Shown: positions 55,292 to 64,000 of the stretch, one piece after another
How the letters are laid out: each line of letters opens with the position of its first letter
Numbering within the stretch: position 1 is the first letter of the stretch
Assembly: GCA_000002435.2 (NCBI GenBank)
Contig: CM018790.1
Direction: 5' to 3' (one strand)
Origin: Giardia intestinalis
Taxonomy: Eukaryota
DNA length: 64,000 nt
Made by a program: the position numbers and the translations under genes
Notes under the pieces: generated by a model
Databases searched by the model: none
What the model saw: only the letters and a program-made list of their open reading frames with translations
What the model was told of the DNA's origin: nothing

Positions 55292-58003
55292 ATGGCACGC
55301 CTGCTTTGTGGGTCCAGGCGCTTCAGGGCTCACTTTGTAGCGTCCCTGCGACTTGCACTGAGCCTGCGTCTAAAGTTCATTGTTGGGATGGTCATAAACA
55401 TAACTCTTGGCCTCGTTTTCCCACTATTGATGACTATCAGTATATCTAGCACAGCGCCAAAAGAGAAGCTCTCCTTCGATGACATACACCTTGATTCTCC
55501 GTGCCTAAAAGTGGGGACCTGCTATACATTTGCGTGGGGCCCGACAGGAAATAAAGATGTAGAAGCATTTATGTCTGCTGTTTTTGAAGAAGCAAGGACT
55601 GCTATCAGCAGAAACGACGTAAAGGATATCGGCTTCCAGACGTTCGAGGAGCTTTATGGATTTATAACCGGAGAAGGGCTGGGCCATGTTGGTGTCGGTC
55701 TTTTTATAGAGAACTCAACGCGGAAAATACGCTTATATTGCAATAATAAGGTCCCTAACGTGCCACTAATGGCCGATATCTCTCTCGACAGCTCTACCTT
55801 ACTGCAGGTGGTGAGGATTTTGAACACGGTGCATTCGGGCATTTCCGGGTACGACATACAATTCTATAATACCATGAGTCTATTCTTTCAGAGCATAGGT
55901 GCTACGAGCATTTCTATAGTATCAATGACCTTCATAGTATCAGGAATGTACACCCTTTCAAACATAGGGATGATGAAGGGCAATCGCCGCTACGAATACC
56001 TTGTATGCCATGGGCTGCATAGACTTGCATATCAGATAGCAAACGCAGTCGTCACGCTGGGTGAAATTGCCATCGTGCTTGTAGGCACCATCCTTATTTG
56101 CTATTACTTTGGAATAGGGTCAACCAGCAACCGTTGGCTTACTGTGGTAGTGCTCCTCTTATCCATTTTCCCAGTGGCAGCGCAGAATGTGTCATGGTCG
56201 CTGTTTTGCGCCTCAACAATCAGCAGACCCAACACAATGCAGCTTCTCTTTTTCCTTCCATCCATGTTGGTCGCCATAGTCCAAATGATAATTACGTTCA
56301 CCGTGAAACAGGAGTTGCAATCTACGAATAACAGTGGAATACAGTTTCTAATGGCCATCCTGTCTCTTCTATTCCCGCCGTTTGCCAACAGCTCCTACTT
56401 CACAGCTGCAAGCATGGTGTTTGCACATGACTCTTTATACTACTCTACCTTTGGACGAGTAACGTCCATTACTGACGGTCTCACCAAGTCTACTAAGTAT
56501 TACCCCAATCTTTTGCTCCTAGTATTGAGTAGTATTATTTCTGGTCTTGCATATTTTGCACTCGCTGTGTACCAGGAGTACACTAGCCCCGGAAGCGCAG
56601 CTCCCAGGAAGCCACGCAGCTTTCCGATTCATTGGCTCCAGACAAGAAAGACTAGCACTAAGAAAAAGACAGAGGATGATAAGCAGAGTGAGGAACCATC
56701 ATCAATTAACCTGTCGACCTCTCAGCTAATTGAGTCACAGATCCCGTTGCTCAACGGACCCGATCGTGAAAACGTATCAGAGTATGCAATTTCATTAAGA
56801 GACGTCTCAGTCATATTTCCCCTCAAAGGCAGGGCAACAAAAACTGAAAATCCACCTATAGGAGATGTTATATCTGCAAAGTACGTAAGCAACGGATCTC
56901 TATATACGACTGCCCGCGGATACAACGTGAGCGCAAAGGATACAAAGGCACTTTATCATCTGACACTTAACCTGCCATATAATAGCGTTATTGGGTTACT
57001 GGGTGCAAACGGAAGCGGGAAGAGCACGTTACTGAAGGTTCTCTTGGGAATGTATAAGCCAGTGAGTAGTCGGTACCTACCCAACAAGTACGCTGAGGTG
57101 GCCAACGGTAGCGTGTGCCTTCTAGGAACGTACTGTCCTGTCACTGCCGAAGAGGAATTATACAGTGGAAGGCATTTGGCTCTTGTATTGCAAGAAAACG
57201 TGATGTTCCCAAAGGCCACAGTAGGGGAGCAAATTAACATATTTGCAGCCATTGTATTGTACGACTTTCCGCTCGGGGAACGCAGCCAGCTGATCCTGAC
57301 CAGTCTTGAGTGCATGGGGTTGGCTGATAAGCTGAACCAAAAGGTAGAGACTCTATCTGGGGGTCAGAAGAGGCGCCTAAATATTGCCATGACCATACTC
57401 CTCTGTGAGGCGGGCCTTGCTGAACTTCTAATCATGGACGAGCCTGCATGCGGTGTGGACATCGAGTCCCGCACCTTCTTATGGAAGTATCTCAAGAGTT
57501 TACGGATTCGAGCGCAGCAGACAGATAAGCGCTTCTGCGTCCTCCTAACAACGCATCTCTTTGAAGAAGTGGAAGAGCTCTGCGAAACAGTCGTCATGCT
57601 CAGAGATGGAAGGCTTTTAGCTGCAGGAAGTCAGCTCTTTTTCAAAACTGAGTTTGCGGGAGGCTATCAATTGCTACTAGATTGTCCTAACTCAAGAAAA
57701 ATCCTTTTCGATGTGCACAGAAAATTCTTTTATGCACACCCTATCTCTAATGATGATTGTGAGGATGAGCTCTTAAATGTAGTCACAGTAGATCCGTACA
57801 ACCACAATCTCAGCGCTCTGTTTATTAGCTACGCTGACCAAGCAAAGCTTCCAGATGCGCTACAATATCTCGCTGAAAGGGGCATTCCCCAGGAACAATG
57901 TGCTCTGCATACAGCTTTGCTATCGGAAATTTTCATTCAGCAGCAAGAAAAAGAGATGCCGGAAGTGCCTGCTGTAGAGCATGGGTGGTATTGTGAAAAA
58001 TAA
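55292..58003 (+). CDS. ABC transporter, a half-size TMD-NBD protein (ABCA-like), 903 aa.
   Basis: N-terminal polytopic hydrophobic region. Walker A LLGANGSGKSTLLKVL. ABC signature LSGGQKRRLNIAMTIL. Walker B LLIMDEPACGVD. H-loop region LLTTHLFEE. Confidence 0.85.
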   Translation: MARLLCGSRRFRAHFVASLRLALSLRLKFIVGMVINITLGLVFPLLMTISISSTAPKEKLSFDDIHLDSPCLKVGTCYTFAWGPTGNKDVEAFMSAVFEEARTAISRNDVKDIGFQTFEELYGFITGEGLGHVGVGLFIENSTRKIRLYCNNKVPNVPLMADISLDSSTLLQVVRILNTVHSGISGYDIQFYNTMSLFFQSIGATSISIVSMTFIVSGMYTLSNIGMMKGNRRYEYLVCHGLHRLAYQIANAVVTLGEIAIVLVGTILICYYFGIGSTSNRWLTVVVLLLSIFPVAAQNVSWSLFCASTISRPNTMQLLFFLPSMLVAIVQMIITFTVKQELQSTNNSGIQFLMAILSLLFPPFANSSYFTAASMVFAHDSLYYSTFGRVTSITDGLTKSTKYYPNLLLLVLSSIISGLAYFALAVYQEYTSPGSAAPRKPRSFPIHWLQTRKTSTKKKTEDDKQSEEPSSINLSTSQLIESQIPLLNGPDRENVSEYAISLRDVSVIFPLKGRATKTENPPIGDVISAKYVSNGSLYTTARGYNVSAKDTKALYHLTLNLPYNSVIGLLGANGSGKSTLLKVLLGMYKPVSSRYLPNKYAEVANGSVCLLGTYCPVTAEEELYSGRHLALVLQENVMFPKATVGEQINIFAAIVLYDFPLGERSQLILTSLECMGLADKLNQKVETLSGGQKRRLNIAMTILLCEAGLAELLIMDEPACGVDIESRTFLWKYLKSLRIRAQQTDKRFCVLLTTHLFEEVEELCETVVMLRDGRLLAAGSQLFFKTEFAGGYQLLLDCPNSRKILFDVHRKFFYAHPISNDDCEDELLNVVTVDPYNHNLSALFISYADQAKLPDALQYLAERGIPQEQCALHTALLSEIFIQQQEKEMPEVPAVEHGWYCEK

Positions 58004-58789
58004 AATGGCGCTCAGAAAGCCGCAAGTAACTATGGGCAATAACGTTTTAAAGATACATCTATCCGTACCGATCCAAAATACTGCCGACACCATATCAACC
58101 TTGCATAGGTTCATTGATAGCGTAGAAGATTTGTGCTACAAATCAGACTATGGAACAATAGCTTTAACGATAAAATGCAAGCCGCGCACCTGCCCGCAAA
58201 GTAATTGCTGTACGATTTTCAATAAGATACCAAGGAACAGACAGGTCAACAGTCGAAATCGAAAGCTAAAGTCACACCGTAGATATGTAGCACCTCCCTT
58301 TAGTCCAATGAACGGCAGTAGGCCAGACTGTCCCAAAGACACTAAATCCGTAAAGGCTACTACTCAGAACGAAGCTCTAGCGCATAGCAGTAATTTGAAC
58401 GCGGGCTTTCTGGGGTCTCGTACCAGTGAAACAGGGTGCACCAGCGCCTCTCTCGCTGCAAATGAAATGAGAACCTGTGAAGACCCAATCGATGAATGAT
58501 CGTGAAATCTCTTGTCTAAAGCTACACGCAAATATATCCTCATACGAGCACTTGAATGTCAAGAGCAGACGTTAAATTAAGCACTCATTCGTCAGTAAAC
58601 CAGTATGCTAGATACCACTCTGGTTGAGAAATAGCTTGTTGAGTATGGTTGTTATCAAAAAACGTGCATGACTGGTGAAGCCGACTAGTAGCAAATGCTT
58701 GAAACCGAACAGACACGCCTTGGCGGAAATGGACTATTTCGAATTTTCAAATTTTAGCAAAGCTTTCCGTGTCCGAGTTGTAGCGTGCA

Positions 58790-59686
58790 ATGGGCAAAGT
58801 AATGGCAATGAAGCAAGGAGACAAGCTACCTACGGCCAGAGAGCCTTTGCGCGTCTTTCCTTATGTGTACAAAAGGGATGAACTGGCTAAAATGCGCCGG
58901 GTCTTCGCTTCTGCAATACACATCACAGAGATGGATGCCGTCTCCCTCCATTACACTCACGTCAAAAGGAATATATATGTAGGGTGCAAGCGCCCTAGCG
59001 CGGCACGGAAGACGTTCTGTACTTGTACGTGCAAAGAAGGAACTGGATGTGGGACAAGCTGTGAGCTCAGGAAGGTTCATCTTGAGTGCTACAAAGAGTG
59101 CTGCGCAGGATCGCCATGCTCCAAGCAATTTATAGTCAGACCCTTGTTTGGTAACTCTATAGATCTTCCAAAAGACGCTACGACACTTCATAAAGATAAC
59201 AGTAGGCTTGCCGACTGTGGAAACCAAAGGCTTCAGAGGATGCAGTACGCTCGGACAGCTGTCTATCCGGCTGGGAGGAAAGGCTATGGTCTGTTTGCAC
59301 TTACTAGCATTCAGCGAGGAGCGCTCGTGACAGAATACATAGGTGAGGTTATAACAAGGGAAGAGTGCATGCGGCGGAAGAAGAGCGCGAAGGGGCACTT
59401 GTACTTTCTTGCTTTAGACAGAGAACTCTACATAGACGCTGCCCATAAAGGAAATGAGAGTCGGTTTATCAACCATTCTTGTGACCCTAACTGTGAGGTG
59501 CAGCTATGGTATGTCGGCGAGGAGCCAAGAGCTGCCATAGTTGCCCTACGGAGTATTGCTCCCCATGAAGAGCTTAGCTTCGATTATAAGTTTGACTTTT
59601 ACCCCGGCGTGAAGCCTAAATACCCGTGTTTCTGCGGCTCGCTCTATTGTAGAGGGTACATAGATGCACCAAAGTTAAGGACATGA
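58790..59686 (+). CDS. SET-domain histone-lysine methyltransferase with AWS (pre-SET) and post-SET modules (SET2/ASH1/NSD-like architecture), 298 aa.
   Basis: Cys-rich AWS region CTCTCKEGTGCGTSCELRKVHLECYKECCAGSPCSKQF. SET core GYGLFALTSIQRGALVTEYIGEVI ... RFINHSCDPNCEV ... ELSFDY. Post-SET CFCGSLYCRGY. Confidence 0.8.
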   Translation: MGKVMAMKQGDKLPTAREPLRVFPYVYKRDELAKMRRVFASAIHITEMDAVSLHYTHVKRNIYVGCKRPSAARKTFCTCTCKEGTGCGTSCELRKVHLECYKECCAGSPCSKQFIVRPLFGNSIDLPKDATTLHKDNSRLADCGNQRLQRMQYARTAVYPAGRKGYGLFALTSIQRGALVTEYIGEVITREECMRRKKSAKGHLYFLALDRELYIDAAHKGNESRFINHSCDPNCEVQLWYVGEEPRAAIVALRSIAPHEELSFDYKFDFYPGVKPKYPCFCGSLYCRGYIDAPKLRT

Positions 59687-59714
59687 CATGATGACTCGCA
59701 TGGATTTACTATCT

Positions 59715-61208
59715 TCACAACGGCGTCTGTGTCCCTGGCAACCGGATACCACGGTCTTGGAAGGACACTTGCGAATATGTAGAAGATGATGTAGACGAAG
59801 TAGCTAACGAGGGCACAGTATACTTTGCAATCCTATCTGAAATAAGATTGGTTGAAAGGTCGTCGGAATTACCAACAGTAACCCTGTTGGGTGTTCCCCC
59901 ATACTGCTTAGCTTGAGCCTGTAGCTCTAGCTGTTTTAGACGGTGCATGATAGGTAGGTTGTTGATTGACGCAGGTTTAGGTGGTATGGAGGCATTTGAC
60001 TGCGTACCATACGTGCTATATGTACTATTTATTCCATACTTAGCTAGGATATTGCGGGCATTTGTACTTCGAGCCCGTGAAATAGTCGTCTGATTGGTGG
60101 AGAGCGAACTTTCTGTGAGATCATCGTCCTTGGAGAATCGAACAGAGGGCATGCCTGGTTGTGGTCTGTCCTCTTGCTTGAGTGGCGTATACTGAATAGA
60201 ATTTGTTGATACTCCAGATAACAATGATCCGTGTGAATCAGATCCATTACCCGAGTCGACCGAAGCTGTTAACATGGTAGATGACGGCCTTATGCCGGTA
60301 TTTAAATCTCTGCTTCCAGTGGTACGGATCTGATTGTCCAGAAGGTTGGTTACCCTGTCCAGTTCTCCACGGAGACGACCAATCTCCTCTGAATACTGCT
60401 GCTCACGACTCTGCAGCAGCGTCTCTAGCTCAGCAATCCTTGCGTTCGCTTTCTGAAGCTCTTCCTCGCTAATATTCATGTGAGACATGTGCATCGCAGA
60501 GTTTGTCTTGGCTGCGGATAGTTCGGCTAGCACATCTGCGAGCTTTGTCTCCACTGACGCCTTTGCTTCCAACGTGGCAAGCTTTTCTCGTTGCAACTCA
60601 GCAAGTTGCGCTTCATAATTTGACGCCAGTTCTTGCATTCGAGCTTCTAGCTGCCTTGTTGATGACTCTGCAAGAGCCAATTTCGATTCTAGGGTGGCCT
60701 TTTCGCTTTCAACCCTACCTATGCGTAGCTGGAATGTGCTGAGCTCAGTGTTGAGCCTCGCTTCTAACTGCGCAGCCACTGTGCTGATATTTCTAGCGAT
60801 AGATCGATCCGAACCCTTACGGAGTTGAACGGAGAAAAATGGAACGCGGAGGCTAGGCCGCACCGTCAGAAACTGCAGCACAGCAGTCTCCATCTGCGCA
60901 TCTGTCTCCAGTATGCAAATGTCTGTCCCCACACTTGCTGCAGATGGTGTACTAGATAAGGTTGGCAATATATCCGAATTAAGCAAACTGGGAAGGCTGC
61001 TGATGTGTAGGAAGTCATAAGAGAAAGTAGTACACACTGTTCGGAAGTCCTCGGCTCCCATGCTTACCTCATATAAGAAGAACATATCATTTGAGTTCGT
61101 CAAAGTCATGTCCACCCTGTCCTGCGTGCTTGAGAGTACACACGACAGACACACTTTCATCTCTGCTTGGCTTCCGTCAAATGTCTTGTGAAGCAGAGTA
61201 AACTCCAT
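59715..61208 (-). CDS. SAS6: SAS-6-like centriolar cartwheel protein with N-terminal PISA-type head domain plus a long coiled coil, 497 aa.
   Basis: The N-terminal segment LTNSNDMFFLYEVSMGAEDFRTV...DFLHI matches the SAS-6 PISA motif (LTDDTDPFFLY...EEDFQ...VDFLAFP). About 200 aa of heptad-rich coiled coil follows (LEARLNTELSTFQLRIGRVESEKATLESKLALAE...), then a disordered Ser/Thr tail. Confidence 0.55.
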   Translation of the reverse strand: MEFTLLHKTFDGSQAEMKVCLSCVLSSTQDRVDMTLTNSNDMFFLYEVSMGAEDFRTVCTTFSYDFLHISSLPSLLNSDILPTLSSTPSAASVGTDICILETDAQMETAVLQFLTVRPSLRVPFFSVQLRKGSDRSIARNISTVAAQLEARLNTELSTFQLRIGRVESEKATLESKLALAESSTRQLEARMQELASNYEAQLAELQREKLATLEAKASVETKLADVLAELSAAKTNSAMHMSHMNISEEELQKANARIAELETLLQSREQQYSEEIGRLRGELDRVTNLLDNQIRTTGSRDLNTGIRPSSTMLTASVDSGNGSDSHGSLLSGVSTNSIQYTPLKQEDRPQPGMPSVRFSKDDDLTESSLSTNQTTISRARSTNARNILAKYGINSTYSTYGTQSNASIPPKPASINNLPIMHRLKQLELQAQAKQYGGTPNRVTVGNSDDLSTNLISDRIAKYTVPSLATSSTSSSTYSQVSFQDRGIRLPGTQTPL

Positions 61209-61287
61209 AGGGGGATGGAAGAAGGCAATATTTTAAGTCGATTTTTCTGCCTGAAAGTCCCTGTGCATTCTACTTCCAGCGGAAATA

Positions 61288-62625
61288 ATGGAGCCTCTGC
61301 CCTTTAGAACCATGCTCAATCCAGCCGCAATGGCTCTTTCGGATTCGTCATCCGGGGAGCGGGAAGATTCCCCTTCACCTGTATTTACAACAGAGTGCCC
61401 TCTGGACTATTGTAGCAGAACAAGCATCCAGCTGTCCTTTTCCTCTTGTTCATCAACAGCTGACTGCGCCAGAGCAGTTCCCCTCTTGAAACGTGCTTAT
61501 AAGGCAGTCTTTGGAAACAGGTACTTAGGGGAATCAGAGATGATTCAAAAGTATCTACTTTCTGACAGCTTACTGATCTTACGCGATAGGAACAGCAAAG
61601 ATGTTAAAGGAACAGTTCAAGAGACACAGCCACCTGACCTACAAGTCGCTGACGTCGATGCTGATAAAGGGCTCGATGCTGATATCTACTCACACCGCAC
61701 ATACAAGGACTTTCATCTCATCTTACAGACTATTCAGGAAGGGCTTAGAATGTATGTCTCTGTCTCTGGATCTGCACTCTATGCCAGGCCCTACAGCGTT
61801 ATATTAGATGACCTGTTCCACCTTGCACAACTTCCACAGAAGACCGCCAACGGGTACATAGACAGGCAGCTGCAAAATAACAAGAATGCTATTAAGACTA
61901 TCATTGCCGATATATGTGCATACAGGCGGGCACTTCTCGATTGCTATAAGCACATTTCCAAGCTGCCGTTTGTGGTAGTCTTGGGAAGTAACTTTGAGGC
62001 GCTATTTGGACATTGTGATGCACTGGGTAAGGATGACTTCTGCATGGTGTCGGGCTATCCAGGCATCATCGAGGCCCTTGAACACACCCTCAGACATCAA
62101 TCTTCTAAAGTAGGACAAGCGCTGAAAAATATAGAAGGTGAGCCTCGGTATACCTCATATCACATACATCGTGAAGGGTCATTCATTTATATAGTTGGAA
62201 ATATCACCCTGGTGACAAATTTTTTCCTCTATAGAATTCCACTAAGTATAGGGCTTCATAGCGCTGAAAAGTCTCTCCCTCGGATATATTCTATGAGGTC
62301 GTTTGAATGTAGCTTTCAGAATACAAATATTGCATGCACTGTCAATGAGGATGATAGGCTTTTTTCCATAGATTGCTATATGCCATTCTTTAGTGTGAAG
62401 CAGGTGGTTGAAGGGTTACAAAGGGCGATGGCCGCTGCGTCGAGTGACTGTCAGTTACTTGTCGAGCTGAGTGCACCAACGCAACACAGTAGGAACTTCA
62501 ACTACCCCATCTTAGCCCGTGCAGATGGAGCCTCTGAACCATCTCAAAAGAATAACACATCGAATATACGTGGCTTTCTTAAGCAACTATCTGTTGACGC
62601 CAAAGGCTTTATGTCTTACTATTAA
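61288..62625 (+). CDS. Hypothetical protein, 445 aa.
   Basis: Intact ORF divergent from SAS-6, with an 80-nt AT-containing intergenic promoter region. No family recognised. Confidence 0.45.
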   Translation: MEPLPFRTMLNPAAMALSDSSSGEREDSPSPVFTTECPLDYCSRTSIQLSFSSCSSTADCARAVPLLKRAYKAVFGNRYLGESEMIQKYLLSDSLLILRDRNSKDVKGTVQETQPPDLQVADVDADKGLDADIYSHRTYKDFHLILQTIQEGLRMYVSVSGSALYARPYSVILDDLFHLAQLPQKTANGYIDRQLQNNKNAIKTIIADICAYRRALLDCYKHISKLPFVVVLGSNFEALFGHCDALGKDDFCMVSGYPGIIEALEHTLRHQSSKVGQALKNIEGEPRYTSYHIHREGSFIYIVGNITLVTNFFLYRIPLSIGLHSAEKSLPRIYSMRSFECSFQNTNIACTVNEDDRLFSIDCYMPFFSVKQVVEGLQRAMAAASSDCQLLVELSAPTQHSRNFNYPILARADGASEPSQKNNTSNIRGFLKQLSVDAKGFMSYY

Positions 62626-62740
62626 GTTCTAGAAAGGATCAAATTAACTTTTCTCTGCTACTAAAGCTCTTCATTTGATAAATATTTACTTAACCTGATT
62701 CGTCGACTGTATAATTGCCTATCGGACTAAATATATGTAA

Positions 62741-64000
62741 TCGCGCGTATCTCGATATCTGTGCTTAAAAGGATTAATTCCATCTGTACTTTTATCTCTT
62801 TTTATCTCCAAAAACTCGCTGCATTCCGCTATTGTCTCTCCAGAAAAGTTTGCAGCTCTCATACAGGCTGCCCTTTCACCAAGCAGTACAACTGATGAGA
62901 GGGCCGCTTTAGGCCTCGAGATTGTCAGCCTCTTGTCCTCTAACGAGGCATATCCATCTGTCCTGGCCAAAGTGTCGTTATTGCCCGATGAACTAGCAAG
63001 TGTTCCTGTTAAGCTTGCGTCTCTTTCTCAAATTCGGCAGATTTTCAATCAATCTCGCTGTCCCCCTGTGCACACTGCTGATGAAATATTCGTGTCACTC
63101 TTCAATACAATTTGTGCAACGCCGGTGCCGTCTCTGCTCTCGGCGTCAGTTGATACTTTTTCGACGGTACTTGCACGCTCTTCTCAGTCACCTTATAACG
63201 TACTACTAGCTGTTTGTGCATCTACTGATAGCGTCTGCGGGATTGTTCTTAGATCAAGGAACATGACTCCTGCCGTTCTCTTCAGTGCTGAGGCACATGT
63301 CGCTGAGCCAGAACTCTCGGTGCGCATCTTAAAACTTGTTGAATCTATAATAGAGAAGCTATCTGTGCACCACCTCACGTCAGAGAAGAGCCTGGGAACT
63401 AATCTTGACTCGTTTATTTGTTATATGATTGCTGTAACAAGCTACGTTCTTTTCCAATATGGGGACTTATCTGTACTCAGCTCCCTCTTGACGCACGCCT
63501 TATCAATCTTAACTTCGTTAATTCCAGGCACTTGCACTGTTCCACAGAGTATTGTCGAACCTCTTGTAACGGAGATTCTGACACTTGTGGCCAACATCTT
63601 GACCAGTGGCCAGCATGCTACCGCAAATGAAGGATCAGTGTACGCCCTTCTCGCAGGTTCATGGCGCTGCTTATCGCATATCTTCTCTGTCTATCAAATG
63701 GAGTTAGATAGTGCACTAGACACAGCACGGGATCTTGCGTGTAGAACTATATTGACTGATCTGTCGTCGACGGTCACATGTACAGAAGTAGCGACTATCT
63801 GTGGAACCGTAGGTGCTCGTTTTCTAAATGCGTTGCCAAAAGACCCCAGTGGGCCCTTTGGAGCATACATAACAGGCCCCCTATCGATTCTACAAACAAT
63901 TCTGAACCATCGGAACATGCAAACAAGCGACTTGGCCGCTAACTCCTTCTTTTGTAATCAAGCTGTATCTGCCGTGATATCAGACCTGATTATTCACGGT
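62741..64000 (+). CDS. Partial CDS of a hypothetical helical protein running off the 3' edge of the window. It has no in-frame ATG for the first 170 codons (first ATG at 63253).
   Basis: Reading frame 2 is open from the TAA at 62738-40 to the window end (more than 419 codons). The translation is protein-like (…AALIQAALSPSSTTDERAALGLEIVSLLSSNEAYPSVLAKV…ILKLVESIIEKLSVHHLTSEKSLGTNLDSFICYMIAV…). It is not in the ORF track because it has no stop inside the window. Confidence 0.5.

Noticed and set aside
1-64000. CRISPR arrays, rRNA genes, transposon terminal repeats, and tRNAs.
   Set aside because: No direct-repeat/spacer periodicity and no rRNA-like conserved blocks were seen. I found no convincing tRNA T-loop/acceptor pattern in the intergenic spacers by eye. 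tRNAs cannot be excluded without a covariance-model scan.

Overview
This window is a gene-dense, intron-poor eukaryotic nuclear segment that looks like a diplomonad of the Giardia intestinalis/lamblia type. Four signals support that. A cysteine-rich surface-protein gene ends in the VSP-specific tail ...CWWFICRGKA. AGTRAAY polyadenylation motifs sit 0-10 nt after stop codons. Two high-cysteine membrane proteins carry GGCY/CXXC repeats. Start codons are preceded by short AT-rich initiator regions instead of long 5' UTRs.

About 27 protein-coding genes fill roughly 85% of the window. Two are near-identical, GC3-saturated EF-1alpha genes 37 kb apart (4537-5865 and 41911-43239). The largest is a 4838-aa midasin (17185-31692) with six AAA modules, a D/E-rich linker and a C-terminal MIDAS/VWA domain. 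The rest are: a MutL-family ATPase, a Cid1-type terminal nucleotidyltransferase, an FSH1/OVCA2 hydrolase, RPS11, a cyclin, a NEK-like (probable pseudo)kinase, NAC-alpha, a 2462-aa ASH/MSP-domain putative flagellar protein, an ABCA-like half transporter, an AWS-SET-postSET methyltransferase, a SAS-6-like cartwheel protein and several hypothetical proteins.

The most unusual region is 9.9-12.3 kb. A VSP with an intact CRGKA 3' end has no start or signal peptide and carries a 1-nt frameshift. It abuts the poly(A) signal of a second, degenerate VSP remnant. The two share a 31-nt perfect repeat, and the arrangement looks like a recombination graveyard or donor array for antigenic-variation genes.

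No rRNA, CRISPR or transposon signatures were recognised, and no tRNA could be confirmed by eye.
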